Assembly (NCBI GenBank): GCA_033442325.1
Contig: JAWQFM010000003.1
Coordinates: 2,411,970-2,475,969 of the forward strand
Direction: 5' to 3'
Length of the DNA: 64,000 bases
Source: Salpingoeca rosetta
Taxonomy: Eukaryota > Protista > Choanoflagellata
Shown: positions 29,330-53,116 of the stretch, piece by piece
How the letters are laid out: every line of letters starts with the position of its first letter
How positions within the stretch are numbered: position 1 is the first letter of the stretch
The notes under the pieces: generated by a model
The model's input: the letters and a program-made list of their open reading frames with translations, nothing else
The model's database searches: none
Told to the model about the DNA's origin: nothing
Position numbers and translations under genes: made by a program

Positions 29330-30108
29330 ATGCCAGTCTTTGTTTTGTACATGAAGATGGAGATGGAGGTAAGCGAGTGAGAGGGAGACAGTGTGTGTGT
29401 TTGTGTGTGTATGTGTGCGTGTATGCGTATGCGTGCGTGTATGCGTTTGCGGCTCGTGCGTTTGTGCTTCCTGACACTGCTGCATCAGACACATGCACTC
29501 ATACACGTACATATTCACACACACACTCACACACATTCACACACACACACACGCGCGCGTGCGACTGCTCAGAACGTCGCAGAGGTGTCGTGGGGCGACG
29601 ACATGCTGTGGTGTGTGGACCTCCAGCAGTCTGGCGGCAACGAAGTGCGCAGTGAGGTCGTCATTGACACCACCGAGGAGCAGCCCCTTGAAGGGTCGCG
29701 TGGCACAGCCAACTTTGTCATGAAGGTACAAGCGAGCAAGCGAGCTAGTCAGTGAGTGGAGGTGTGACGGCTTCTGTTCACATTTGCTGTTTTATGTGAC
29801 TGCCGCACAGTGTCTCGCACATCATGTCGTACGCGCTGCGACAACCACAGCGTGCTTCAATTCTCCTCACACCTCACACCACACCCAACTCTTGTCTTGT
29901 CCTCCTCCCTTCAATGTTGCAGTGGAGCAAGTCTGACAGGAAAGGAAGCTCCGTGACAAAGGAGGAGAAGAAAGGCGGAGCGCGCTTCATCACAGAGGAC
30001 GACGTTGGCAAGTGGGTGCCCGTTGCAGCCTTTGACTGCCGTGGCGCCGACATTATCAAGTATCACCCTCGTGATGGATTCACCGTGACAACAACCGGTG
30101 CGAATGTG

Positions 30109-30195
<87 letters not shown>

Positions 30196-30348
30196 TGGTG
30201 GTGGTGTGTGTGTGTGTGGATAGGGTGTGTGTATGTGCGGTGTGCGACGTGGTTTTGATGTGCACATGTGTGTGCACGCCTCTCTCTCTCCCATATCTGA
30301 AGACGCGTGCGGAGTCACACTCCGAACCATTTTGGCGCGCACTGTCCA

Positions 30349-30398
<50 letters not shown>

Positions 30399-30541
30399 CA
30401 CACAACACACAACACACAACACCAGGTGGCGCCGTGTTCAAGGATGTGGACCTGTCGGAGGAGTGGGCGGACTATGACGAGGAGAACGACCTCAGCGTCA
30501 GCATCATGGAGGTGGAAACCAAAGTGGAGACAACCAAGTAA
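29330..30541 (+). CDS. CZIB: CZIB/UPF0587 (DUF866, C1orf123-like) protein, CXXC-less variant
   Basis: gccaccATG at 29330. Exons 29330-29368, 29573-29725, 29923-30097, 30426-30541. MPVFVLYMKMEMENV...LEGSRGTANFVMK...AAFDCRGADIIKYHP...GAVFKDVDLSEEWADYDEENDLSVSIMEVETK matches the family pattern (GSRGxA, FECRG, WxDYDE). Confidence 0.85.
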
Positions 30542-31009
30542 CTGTTCATCCCACTGTGGCGCACGCTCCAAGCACACTGTTTGTGTTCACCGTTTGCATT
30601 AATCCTTATTTGTCGTGGTGCACGCTGTTCCCAACACGTGTCACCAAAGGGGTGCCCTGCTTTGACCTACACCACGCGCGCCTGTCAAATCGTTACAACC
30701 ATTCCCTTTCACGGCGAGTGTCGCACACCTCAACCACCTCCTCCCACCCCGCACCCGCTGTCTCTGCTTGGTCGGTCCAGTGCCATTTGGTGTTGCTTCC
30801 ATAAACGCGAACGAACCAGCACAGACGCACATGCATATGGCCGCGCTGTCGCCAATATGAAACCACCACGCCAGTGCTAAACGAGCAAACTCACAGCTGA
30901 CAAACCACGTGATGTGACACGGCAACAATACACGACCATGCCTCGAACAAGCGTGCGAACAGACTCAGAAGCAACTAAAAAAACAAAACAAAAGATAGCC
31001 TGTGTGTGT

Positions 31010-31192
31010 AATAGTGAATGCATTTATGTGTGTGTGTACGTGTGTGTGTGTACGTGTGTGTGTGTGCATGTGTGCAGTACTGCAAACTACAAGCACACGC
31101 GTCATTGTAACTGCAAATAGTGAATGCATTTGTGTGTGCACGTGTGTGTATGCGTGTTTGCGCGTTTGTGTGTGTGTGTGTGTGTGTTTGCG

Positions 31193-31257
<65 letters not shown>

Positions 31258-31307
31258 AAATAACACTGCAAACTACAAGCACAAGCGTCATTGTAACTGC
31301 AAAATAG
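31010..31307. repeat. Imperfect two-copy tandem duplication with internal (GT)n
   Basis: The unit AATAGTGAATGCATTT-(GT)n-ACTGCAAACTACAAGCACAnGCGTCATTGTAACTGCAAA(A)TAG occurs twice (~31010-31120 and ~31116-31307). Confidence 0.85.
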
Positions 31308-31341
31308 AAGAGAAACACCAGCACACCTCTGGCGCGTCGCA

Positions 31342-31672
31342 TCAGGCGTCCAGGATACCATAATACATGAGCGCCTCCCTGCACTTTCCGAAGATGAACA
31401 CGCTGCCAATGGTTCTGCCGATGCGCCACTCTGCTCCCCTGAAGAACGCGCCAAGGCCGCCCTCGCAGTACAGGCGCCGCGCTGTTGCCGTGATGGTGCT
31501 GAACGTCGTGCGCCCTGGATCGCCCTGCTCGTGCACCGTGAAATTGGGGGGGGGGGGGGAGCAGGGAAAGAAATTTGTGATGTGTGGAAAGAATGAAAAA
31601 GGGGGAAGGGTTGTGTTTCGGGGGGGGCTTCCAACACATGTGGACGCACAAAGGACTACCACACACATACGT

Positions 31673-31728
<56 letters not shown>

Positions 31729-32932
31729 CCCTACCACACACACACACACAAACCAGCACAATCCCCCAACACACACAAATACATACACAATACATACACA
31801 CGCACAATCCCCAACACACACACACACATACACACACATACATACACACAGACACAAACGCGAACCTGCATGCATGTCTTGATGGTATCGACTGGGTGGG
31901 AGAGTCCAGCGGCGATGCAGCCGGCAAATATGGCACCGCCAACCTCGCTCTGCACGCGCCCAAACTGGTAGTGCTGGCGCAGGTGGTCCACGGCAAGCGG
32001 GCCCAAGCCAAGATACCCGGCAGTGAAGATGCCCTCACGCACACACGCTGTGGAGAGACCACGGTAGAAGATGCGAGCACCATGTGCCTGCCGCAGTTGC
32101 TTGAGCACGGCCAGCACGGTGCCGCCACGCCGCTGCTGCGTGATGATGGACAGCTCAAGCGGCGAGCACACGACCCCGGAGATGAGGCCACCCACGAACC
32201 CGCTCGTCACTTGCTCCACGGCTGTCAGGGGCCTCTCCCCGCCTGTCCACCGCCGGCACGCGCGCATGAGTATCAAGCACAAGCATGAACGTACGCGTAC
32301 ACGAAGGGGCAAATGCACAAGCACATGTAACCGCACATTCGCACAAAGCAGTATCTTTCACAAATGCACACGAAGCAAAACACACGGACACAGCCACACG
32401 CACCTGTAATGAGCTTCTTCGTCATGGCTGTCAGCGGGAACTGAAGGCCTAGCAAAGTAGTGTGGGGACGTGTGGCAGAGCGGAGATGGGAGGAGGAAAG
32501 GCAGGGTGGAAGGAAATTCGAGGGCACACGAGCGTGCACAGGAGATTGAGCAGCATTGGTGAGACATGTCGTGTTGGCCACAGGGTATGCACGGCGAAAG
32601 AAGAGTGCCAACCTGTACACACCCTTACACACCCTTACACACCCTTACACGCCCTTACACACCCTTCCACACCACACAACACCACACACACACGCACAGA
32701 CGCACACACCACACACCACACAAACACACACACACACACACTCACACACACATATGCGCTCACCTGTGAGGACGCTCATGTTGATGAGGTTGGTGCCAAT
32801 GCCACGGTAGAGGAGCAGAGGCCGCAGGGTCACGGGCAGGCCTTGTTGTGACGCATTCTTGAAGTACACTGTCGGCTGCATGACGCTCACTTCGACGCAG
32901 CCAGACGCCAGCCCGCCCACAAACTCATCCAT
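31342..32932 (-). CDS. Mitochondrial carrier (SLC25 family), substrate uncertain
   Basis: Four exons (32932-32764, ~32448-32404, ~32242-31865, ~31524-31342). Three carrier repeats: [38 protein letters not shown] possible upstream in-frame ATG lies at 33019. Confidence 0.85.
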
Positions 32933-33065
32933 GCCGTCTTGTGTCTCTTTGGAGCGTGTGTTGTGCTTCCTGTTGCGCTTGCTTGGAGCGGGTGTCCTTC
33001 CAGTCGTCGAAAATTCCATGAAAATATCTACTATTTTTCTCTATCCGCAGCGAACGACAACGACG

Positions 33066-34283
33066 ATGGTGAGTGCTGCTCTGTGTGTGTGTGCTTGTGT
33101 GTGTCTGTGTGTGTCTGTGTGTCTGTGTCTGTGTCTGTGTGTCTGTGTCTGTGTCGGGTGTGTGCCGATGTGTGTGTGTGTGCGTGTCTTTGCCGATGTG
33201 TGTGCCGATGTGTGTCTATGTGTGTGTGTGTGCGTGTGCGTGTGTCTGAGCTCGCGTCGGTCTCCCTTCGGAATGAGCGTGCTCCCTTGCCACTGGCTCA
33301 TCCTCACATGCGTGCTCGCATTCACACACACACACACACACACACGCCATCACTGACCCCCCACTCCACACTTGCACAGCTTCCACTGTCCTTGATTCGT
33401 GCGGCCGTCAACCACCCCATGGTGAGGGAATGGGCGGGATTTGGAGTTTGGTGCTCATGTTGCGAACGGTTCGTGTTGCCTTTCCCTGTGCGCTGCCGCT
33501 GCTGCTCGCACCCTTATTGGCCTTGTTGTGACTCACTCACGTGTTTCTGTTTCCTCGCACGTTTGTGTCTCCCTCTCACTGCGTTGCCATTGCTAGTTGG
33601 TGGAGCTGAAGAACGGCGAGTCCTACAACGGCCATTTGGTCAACTGCGATCACTACATGAACATTATCCTACGCGGCGTCACTCTCACCTCCAAGGTTGG
33701 CGCAGTGGGGTTGGTGGAGGGGGGAAGAGAGATTGCGTGCGCGTGTTTGCGTGCGCGTGTGTGATGTGCGTGCGTGAACGTGCATATGCGTGCGTGAACG
33801 TGCATATGCGTGCAAGTGAGCACCACATGTTCGTGTCTTACCGTGTGCTTGTGTTCCCGTCACTTGCCGTTGTTGTCAATTCACATTTGTCCCATTGCTG
33901 TTTGACAACACGCACTCACTTGCCCACACTGACAACCATGCATACAAACACACTGACACTTATTCACACACACACACACCCATACACACACTCTCTCACT
34001 TGCACACACACACTACCACACACTGACAACCATACACACACATCCCCCTGCCCTCGCATATGCGCGCTCGGTATGGTAGGATGGCGATCGGTTCTGGAAG
34101 CTCAAGGAATGCTACATCCGCGGCAGCACCATCAAGTACCTGAGGTTGCCCGATGAGATTATCGACATGGTCATCCAGTCAGAGAAGCGGCCTCGTGGCG
34201 GGCGCAAGACGCGCGGGCGTGGCGGTGGTCGTGGTCGTGGTCGTGGTCGCGGTGGCCGCGGGCGTGGCGGTGGTCGCGCATAA
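33066..34283 (+). CDS. LSM4: U6 snRNA-associated Sm-like protein LSm4
   Basis: ATG|GTGAGT, then exons 33380-33421, 33597-33695, 34080-34283. [77 protein letters not shown] plus an RG-rich tail. Confidence 0.95.
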
Positions 34284-34347
34284 CGTAACCGATGGTGTGT
34301 GTGTGTGTGCTTGTGGTTCTGTGTTTGAGTTTATGTGTGTGTGTGTG

Positions 34348-34378
<31 letters not shown>

Positions 34379-34745
34379 CGACGTGTTTGTTTATCTCTTC
34401 TTTCTCTGTTTCTCTCCGTCTATTTGTGTGTTTGTGTGAGCGAGGAGCGTGCAGTTGCGTGCAGATGAACCCAATGTTGTTGAATCAAAGGCGAGAACCT
34501 GTGAATGCTTCATCGTGTTCGTCATAGCTTGACCATGCCTTTGCTGTTCAAAGGTAGAGTTGCACACCCATGTCAAACTATCTGTTCTGTCTGTTTTGTG
34601 CTTATGTCTGTTTGTTTTGCCCGTTCGCATGTCGACGCGAATACAAGCCTTGGAATTGCACATGGCTTGCTTCCTTCAGTGTTTACATGTGCTCCGTGCC
34701 AGCGACGGACAGCGCGGAAAGCAGAGCCAAGAGAGAGAGAGAGAG

Positions 34746-34776
<31 letters not shown>

Positions 34777-34880
34777 CGTGTAACGGAACAACAGAACATT
34801 AGCGCATTGCACACACACGCACACACACACACAGTACAATGTGCATCACATATGAGCCAGTCTCTTGTTTCACCGATTAA

Positions 34881-35002
34881 CTATGCCGTGAGCCTGGTGA
34901 CGTGGTCATAGAACACAACCTGCGGGGGGAGGAGGGGAGGAGCATGAGATGTTGTGTGTGTGTGTGTGTGTGTGTGTGCATGCATGTGTGTGTGTGTGTG
35001 CA

Positions 35003-35033
<31 letters not shown>

Positions 35034-35045
35034 CTGTGTGTCTGT

Positions 35046-35079
<34 letters not shown>

Positions 35080-37258
35080 CTGTCTGTCTGTGTGTGTCTG
35101 TCTGTGTGTGTGCAGCTGCAATGCATATGCTGCGTGCCCTCGCCTGCAAGTATTCATCCGTCCGTAAAACGGTTCGCGTGGAGTTGTCTCCGGGCGACTC
35201 AAGCTGTGCACATGTACACATGCATGCAAGAGAATGCGAGTAAGCCACGTGCACTGCACAAGTAATGTCGTAAAGTCGCAAAAAGACAGACAAACAGACG
35301 CACAGACACGCACAACACGCACGCACGCACAACACACGCACACACACACACACTAACACACACATGCACACGCACACACGCACACACACACACACGCACA
35401 CAATACATTAGCACCTGGGGATCGACGTTGACAACTTTGCGGTCTTTTGTGTTCTTGAAGAGGAGGCCTTGGTATTCGTTGGACAGAACCTGTGGACGCA
35501 TGGGAGGGCATGGCATGTAGGTGGTGAGTTGGTGCTCATGGCTGGCGAGTGGTGACACGAATGCGAACACACGCGCAGTGGAAGCACATGATAACACACA
35601 CACACACACACACAACCGCGCGCACACACACTTATACACGCACGCACACACAACCACACACACAACCACGCACACACATACACACACGCACCGTGTAGTT
35701 TGAGCTTTGTGTGGAGTGCGCGGTCTGCGTGACCCAGTTGTAGTAACTGAAGACAGGAGCAGACGACAGCCATGAGGGGTGGTGGTGGTGCGGTGTGAGC
35801 GACGGAACATGGAAGTAAGGGACAGGAAGGAAATGGAAGCAAGCGAGGGAAGCAAAGGGAAAGAGAGGGAAGGAAAGAAAGAAGGAAGGAGAGACAGAGA
35901 CAGAGATACAGAGACAGAAAAACTCAACCCAATCTCACGCATACCGAAACGGAATGCGGACAGCAAACCGAGGGCATCACACACACATACACACACACAC
36001 ACATACACACACCTGAGGTCTGACGGGCGCGGCATGAAGCGCTTTCGTCCACTGAAGTACAGATGGAAGTCGTCGTTCTGTGTTGCAATGCCATGAGAGT
36101 TGTGGTGGTGGTGGTGATGGTGATGGTGAGGACAGCAATGAGCACACGGCGTCGCAAGAACACAACAGCATGCACGTGCGCGTGTGCCAGTGCACGTCAT
36201 ATGAAGTTGCGGGACTCACCTCGAAGCGTTCTGCCAAGTCAATGTATCCCGACACCTCCTGAAATCAAGGTGAGTGTTCATGGATTTGGGATGAGGCTGT
36301 GTACGTTATGACAGGATACACACACACACACACACACATACACACACACCCGCATCCACACACATACCACACATCACGAACATCACACGCATCACACGCA
36401 TCATACACAAGCACATGTTCACAAGCAACGGTGCTGACCTGTCCCTTTGAGTTTTTGTCACGGATGAAGACAATAGTCTACAATTAAAACACGCGTATGC
36501 ATCCATGTGTGTGTGCATACGGTCAGCAACTCATCCCAGTACGTACGCGAGCGTAAATGCACACACACACACACACACACAAAAACTCACACACACACAC
36601 ACAAAGCACACACACACACGCACCATCATTTTGCCAATGCGGTTTGGCTCTTCTCGTTCTGCCAACGCTTGCAAAAACGGAGAGAGGTCCATGTAGTCCT
36701 CTGACACCAATACCCTGTCAAGTTCCCACAAATACAACGATGAGTGTCTGCTCGACATGCCAGCAAGCATAATTGTCCTCTTGCAAGACTGACAAGTCAT
36801 GGCAATGCACACGAGTTCTGCTGGGCCTTACACATCATCCTTGGCTCGCTGTGCTGTCCGAGCCTGCTCTGCTGCGGCCTTTCTCGCCTCAAACTCCTCC
36901 CGCTTGATCACCTACATGTGTGAGCAGGTACAGCAAGGAGGGTGATGAGTGGCCACGCACAAGATGACACAATCAGCATGCTGTACAAGCACACACAAAC
37001 ATACAAAAACAAACGCACACACATACAAACACATACACCAATGCCATACACAACGTCGTACACACAAACAAATGCACACAAGAACGCGCTCGCACTGACC
37101 TCGCCCGTGCCGCGAACGCCCAGCTCCACCAGCTGGCGTGCCAGCTCCTCATCTTCCAAGTAGTAGAGATCAAGCGCAGACACTTGGCTGTCCAGGAAGT
37201 CCTCGTATGTCTTAAAGTCAAGCAGGGACGCATCCCCAACCGCACCTTCCCCACTCAT
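34881..37258 (-). CDS. CFAP299: Cilia- and flagella-associated protein 299 (DUF4464/C4orf22-like)
   Basis: About ten small exons: [39 protein letters not shown]; [17 protein letters not shown]; [13 protein letters not shown]|EVSGYIDLA; [15 protein letters not shown]; [17 protein letters not shown]; PGDNSTRT...YLQ|VVFYDHVTR. Confidence 0.88.
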
Positions 37259-37484
37259 ATTGGTTTGCTCCCTGAAATGAAACGCCCGCCCTTGTTTGCT
37301 TGTTGCCAGGAGGAGAACAACACCATAAAGTGTAGCGAACAGCCGAGCACAGCCAGGCAGCAGGCCAGCAGCGAACAGCAACGCATCCACGTGGTTTCGC
37401 CCTGTCCCCAGCGCAAACACACACACACACACACACACGCGCACACACACACACACATCCAACCATCCAACATCAACCTCAGCC

Positions 37485-44535
<7,051 letters not shown>

Positions 44536-45028
44536 CTAGGCTCACGTACGTGTGTGTGTGTGTGTGTCTGTGTGTATCTGTGTGTGTCTGTGTGTGTCTG
44601 TGTGTGTGTGTGTGTGTCTGTCTGTCTGTGAGTGTGTGTTTGTGATCGCCTCTCCCGTTTTCAATCGCTCGCTCTGTTCAGGTGTCTGCACGTTGTGTGC
44701 GGTTCTGTTACATGGTTTTGTTCTTTGGTGCTCGATAGTCGCTGGCTGGCCTATGCGTCATCTCGACTCGGCTCAAACAATTACACCCACACTATCGCCG
44801 TCACCATCAGCGCCACGCCGTGACGTTGAGTGAACCAAACGAGGGGAAGAAGAAGAAGAAGAAGAAGAGCACAAGAAAGATGATAAACCTGAACAATACG
44901 TTAGCAAGGGAACAGAGAGATATGTGTAACTAATGCCATAGCACATCGCAGGCACACGTGTAGATGCATGTGTGCGCATGTGTGCGCGTGTGTACGCGCG
45001 CTTGTGTGCGGCTGCAACGGCTTGGGCA

Positions 45029-45490
45029 CTAGAGGACGCGACGGAGGAAGTGGCTCAAGTGCTCGTAGACAACAAACGTGATGCACGTCGCCGGCATAAC
45101 GCTGCTCAGCACAGGGTGACCAAGGATAAATGCAGGGCGGTGTGAGCAGGAATCAAAAGGCCGCGTCGCACGCGTGTGCGTGCGCGTGCATGTGCCGTGA
45201 AGTGGGCGAGCAAAATGAGCACAGCCGGCAACACTAATCATCATCGTCATCATCATCACCACAATCACCACGATCATCTCGTCACCACATGCTACTGACC
45301 GAATAAGGTATGGAGTGAGCCCGTGGTAGAAGCCAGCAACACCAAATTGTCTGCACAGGCCATGTGGAGTTGGTGAGCGCGTGATTGAGGGTGGAAATAA
45401 AGGAGAGGGAGGTAATTTCTTCGTGCACGTGGGTTGTGTGTGTGTGTGTGTGTGTGCGTGTGCGTGTGTGTGTGTGCGTGTGTGTGTGTG

Positions 45491-45571
<81 letters not shown>

Positions 45572-45660
45572 TCGCTGCGCGTGCATGTTCGCGCGCTTCC
45601 GTGTCTGTGTTTGCATCTTTACCTGTGCACTGTGCGAATGATTTGGGCAGACGTCAGACA
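45029..45660 (-). pseudogene. 5'-truncated fragment of an SLC25A32-like mitochondrial folate/FAD carrier (last repeat only)
   Basis: Spliced pieces ~45655-45623, ~45349-45300 and ~45102-45029 give [50 protein letters not shown], resembling the SLC25A32 C-terminus (GFYKG..PNLIRV.PA..ITFVVYE). No upstream carrier exons were found before Rab7. Confidence 0.6.
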
Positions 45661-46264
45661 CGAATCACACGACACACAGCGTCCCTCAACGAACGCGAAG
45701 AGACAGAGAGGCCAATGGAAACACAGTACAAACAACACAAAGCCGCCTAATAAGCACGAAGAAGAAGAGGATGAAGAGGAGGAGAAGAAGAAGAAGGAGG
45801 AGAAAACGAAGAACAGCGCCGCCAAGTACACGACAATCAACCAACCAACCAACCACACAGGGGGGACAAGCAAGATGGGCGTGTGTGGGCGAGTGTGAAG
45901 CGAACAGGGATACAGAGGCACGCACGCATACACGCGATCACCACTGCGAACAGCACAGCAGCTCAAAGTAACGCGCGTGCGCGTGCGTGCGTGTTGGTGG
46001 AGAGAGGAAGAAGACCAAAGGAAGGGAAAAGAGACAGGACCATGAAGCGTCATCGTGTGGAGACAACACGCGACACGCGGGCCACACGCCAACTGTAGGA
46101 ATGCATAAGGTGGGAAGAAAAGGGTGCGTATGAATGAGTCCCTTTGCGTATGTGCGCGCTGGAGCGGGGAGGGGACATGATTGGACATGCTTTGGAATGT
46201 GTTTGGAAGAAGGGGGGTGGATCAAGTGAAGGGGAGAGAGGGGGAGGGGCGCGGAGCGATGGGT

Positions 46265-46834
46265 TTAGCAGCCGCAGCCGTCCTGCTTCTTGTCGGGGAC
46301 GTCGTCCAGGTTGACGGCATCCTTGAAATCGTGGTAAATGTCCTCATCCTTCTCCTGTGCGTGTGGGCCATGAGAGGATTGCGGGGAAGGGTGGTTGGTG
46401 AGAAGGAGAGAGTGATGGGGGAGGGGAGGAGACAGGCAGACAGACAGACAGAGAAAGAGAGAGAGAAAGACGAAGACAGAGAGAGAGAGAGGGGGGGGGG
46501 GGAGGAGGAGGAATGGTGGAATGGCGGAATGGGGACAGGCACCTCGACTAATTCACAGACAAGCAGACAAGCAAGCAGACAAACAAACAGCGTGCAGCAA
46601 CAAACCTGTTGGAGCGCGGCGCGAGCGATTGTGAGGAAGGCCGTCTCGACCTTTGTGGCCTCCTTGGCGCTCGTCTCAAAGTAGGGGATGTTGCCCTTCT
46701 CGTCGCACCACGACTTGGCGCGGTTCTCTGTAATCTGTTTGTGGTGATGATCCGAGGGGGAGGGGGCGGTGGAAGGGGAGTGAGTTCGGCAATGGCAACG
46801 GTAAACGTCACGCAAGACTTTCCGCACATGAACA

Positions 46835-46930
<96 letters not shown>

Positions 46931-47800
46931 CAAAGACACGACGCGACACACGACACACAATAAACAGGTTTGACGCACCGCTCTGTTGTCCTTGAGGTCG
47001 ACCTTGTTGCCGAGAACAACAAAGGGAAAGTGCTCTGGGTCGCGCGGGCTGGCCTGGATGAGGAACTCGTCGCGCCACGCCTCAAGGCTCTCGAACGAGC
47101 GGGGTACAGTCACGTCAAACACAAGCACGCAGCAGTCGGCACCGCGGTAAAACGCAACGCCAAGCGATTGGAAACGCTCCTGGCCGGCAGTATCCCAGAT
47201 CTGGTGGTGTGTCGTTGAAGTATGAATGAGAGAGCGAAGAGAGAGTGTAAGTGTGTGTGTGCGTGTGTGTGTGTGTGTGTGCGTGCGTGTGTGGGCGAGT
47301 GAGTGAGCGAGTGAGTGGGCGTGTGAAAGCGCGTGTGTGTATGAGGTTGACACGATTCCACAAGTACCAATGTACTTGAGTCCAGCACCACCAGACGTGA
47401 ACCGCGGCTGTGTCGGGCTCACCTGCATTGTCACTAGTCTGTCGTCGACGGTGACCTCCTTTGTCAGGAAGTCGGCGCCAATGGTGGCCTTGTATTGGTT
47501 GCTGAACTTGCGGTTCACATATTGGTTCATCAGCGACGTCTTGCCGACACTATCAAAGTTGGTGTGTGAGAGAGTGTGAGTTGCGAGGACAAACACGTGA
47601 ATAGGCGGACGGTATATGAAAAGGACAAGCTGTTGTTCGACCTGTGTCATCGGCGGGAGGACATTCGTGCACGCCCACACGCAGGCACACACACACACGC
47701 ATGCAGACACGCTCACGTCCCATGTCCCATCATGTGCATTTACGCACCCGCTGTCACCGAGGATGATGACCTTCAGGAGAACCTTCTTGCGGGTTGCCAT
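46265..47800 (-). CDS. RAB7: Ras-related protein Rab7
   Basis: [17 protein letters not shown]|[74 protein letters not shown]; C-terminal CGC* prenylation motif. Five exons. Confidence 0.97.
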
Positions 47801-48746
47801 GGCTGGTAGTTGGGAGGATGTGTGGTGCTTCAAAGGAACGGGGTCGGGTCAAGAAGAAAAAAGCTGTTGTTGCCCGATCAGAGGTCGACGGTTGCGGATG
47901 GCAGCAGCAACGGTCGTCGACGGTCGGCGGGTTCAGGCGGTGGAGCAAGCGATGATGGAGGAGAGAGCGAGGGAGATGGTGGACGTTACAGAGACAGGAA
48001 CGGCAAAACCCAAACAAGAGCGAAGCAACAACAATGCGTGAGTTGTGGTTGATCAAGGATGAGATTTGAAAATGGAAAGCGTGCCACGCAACGTCCACCC
48101 ACACCCGTGCTTGTAACAGTCACCACACACGTGTCCACAGAACGCTCTCCTTTGCCTTTGTCTCTGTCTTTCTGCTGTGGCCGGCGCTGCTTCGTCATCA
48201 ACCCCCCCCCCGGGGCTTTCTCCAACACCATCGTTGCGGCACACCACCACCACCAACAACATCAAACAATCATCCACGAACCAACTCAACCCACTCGACC
48301 AACGAAACGACAAACACAAACAAACCACCACCCAAGCAAAGCGGCGAAGGGAGAGAACAAGCATCCGCTTCCGTTGCCTTGCCGTTCATAACCTTCCCCT
48401 CCTCTCACACATACCACAACCATCCACGTGTGACCTTGTCTCCCTCATGCTCCTCCCCCCGAACACCCACGACCATCATCACCCTGACACACACACACAG
48501 CATCACGCTTCCTCCAGCCAACATTGCTTGCGCCAACAACGCCTTGTCTCATCTCCACACACACGACTCACCCTGCAAGCGTTGTGCGGAGCGGAGGAAA
48601 ATACGTATTCTGCGCCATAAAAATCAGGGCGGCTCGCACCAATTTTATGCTGACGAAGCGTTTTATTAATGTCTTCCATAACTTGTCGGCACTCCACACA
48701 ACGTGATGACTCATCAGTGGTTTGGATGTTGTCGTTTGTTGTCGTG

Positions 48747-52447
<3,701 letters not shown>

Positions 52448-52737
52448 CAATTCATTCGCTCACAACAATCCAGTCCATAACTGCTCTGTGTGCTCGTAAC
52501 ACTGCTCGCTCACGTTGATTGTTGTTGCTGACATCACAGCGTGTGTGGTGGTGGTTGATGCGACGACGTGCGTCATTCATCAGAGCGTTGAGTGGAGTGC
52601 GTGCACTTTGGGAAGGGACAGCAACGGGCAGCGCAAGACTGGCAACCAAGACCCCTCTTCTTACTTATCAGCAGCGTCGTGGGCAACACCATAGCAGCAG
52701 CACGAGCAAGCCCCAGGCCGCGACGACCAACAACAGG

Positions 52738-52914
52738 ATGGCAACCTTCTTCAACAAGACAACCAAGGATCTGCTACAGCATGTGCGCGTGCAAGGCGTT
52801 GCACCTCCGCAGGAGACGGCAGATGTGGCCACGGCGTATGCGGAGCGCACGCTAGAGGAGCAGACGGCCATGTTGCAGCGACAGCTTGAGCGCCTCAAGG
52901 TCCAGAACAGGTGA

Positions 52915-52959
<45 letters not shown>

Positions 52960-53032
52960 TGTCTGTCTGTCTGTGTATCTGTGTGTGTGTGTCTGTGCGT
53001 GTCTGTGCGTGCATGCGTGCGTGTGTGTGTGT

Positions 53033-53116
<84 letters not shown>

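Noticed and set aside
31010-31307. Repeat-spacer-repeat pattern resembling a CRISPR array
   Set aside because: Only two copies, the spacers are (GT)n microsatellite, the context is eukaryotic and there are no cas genes.
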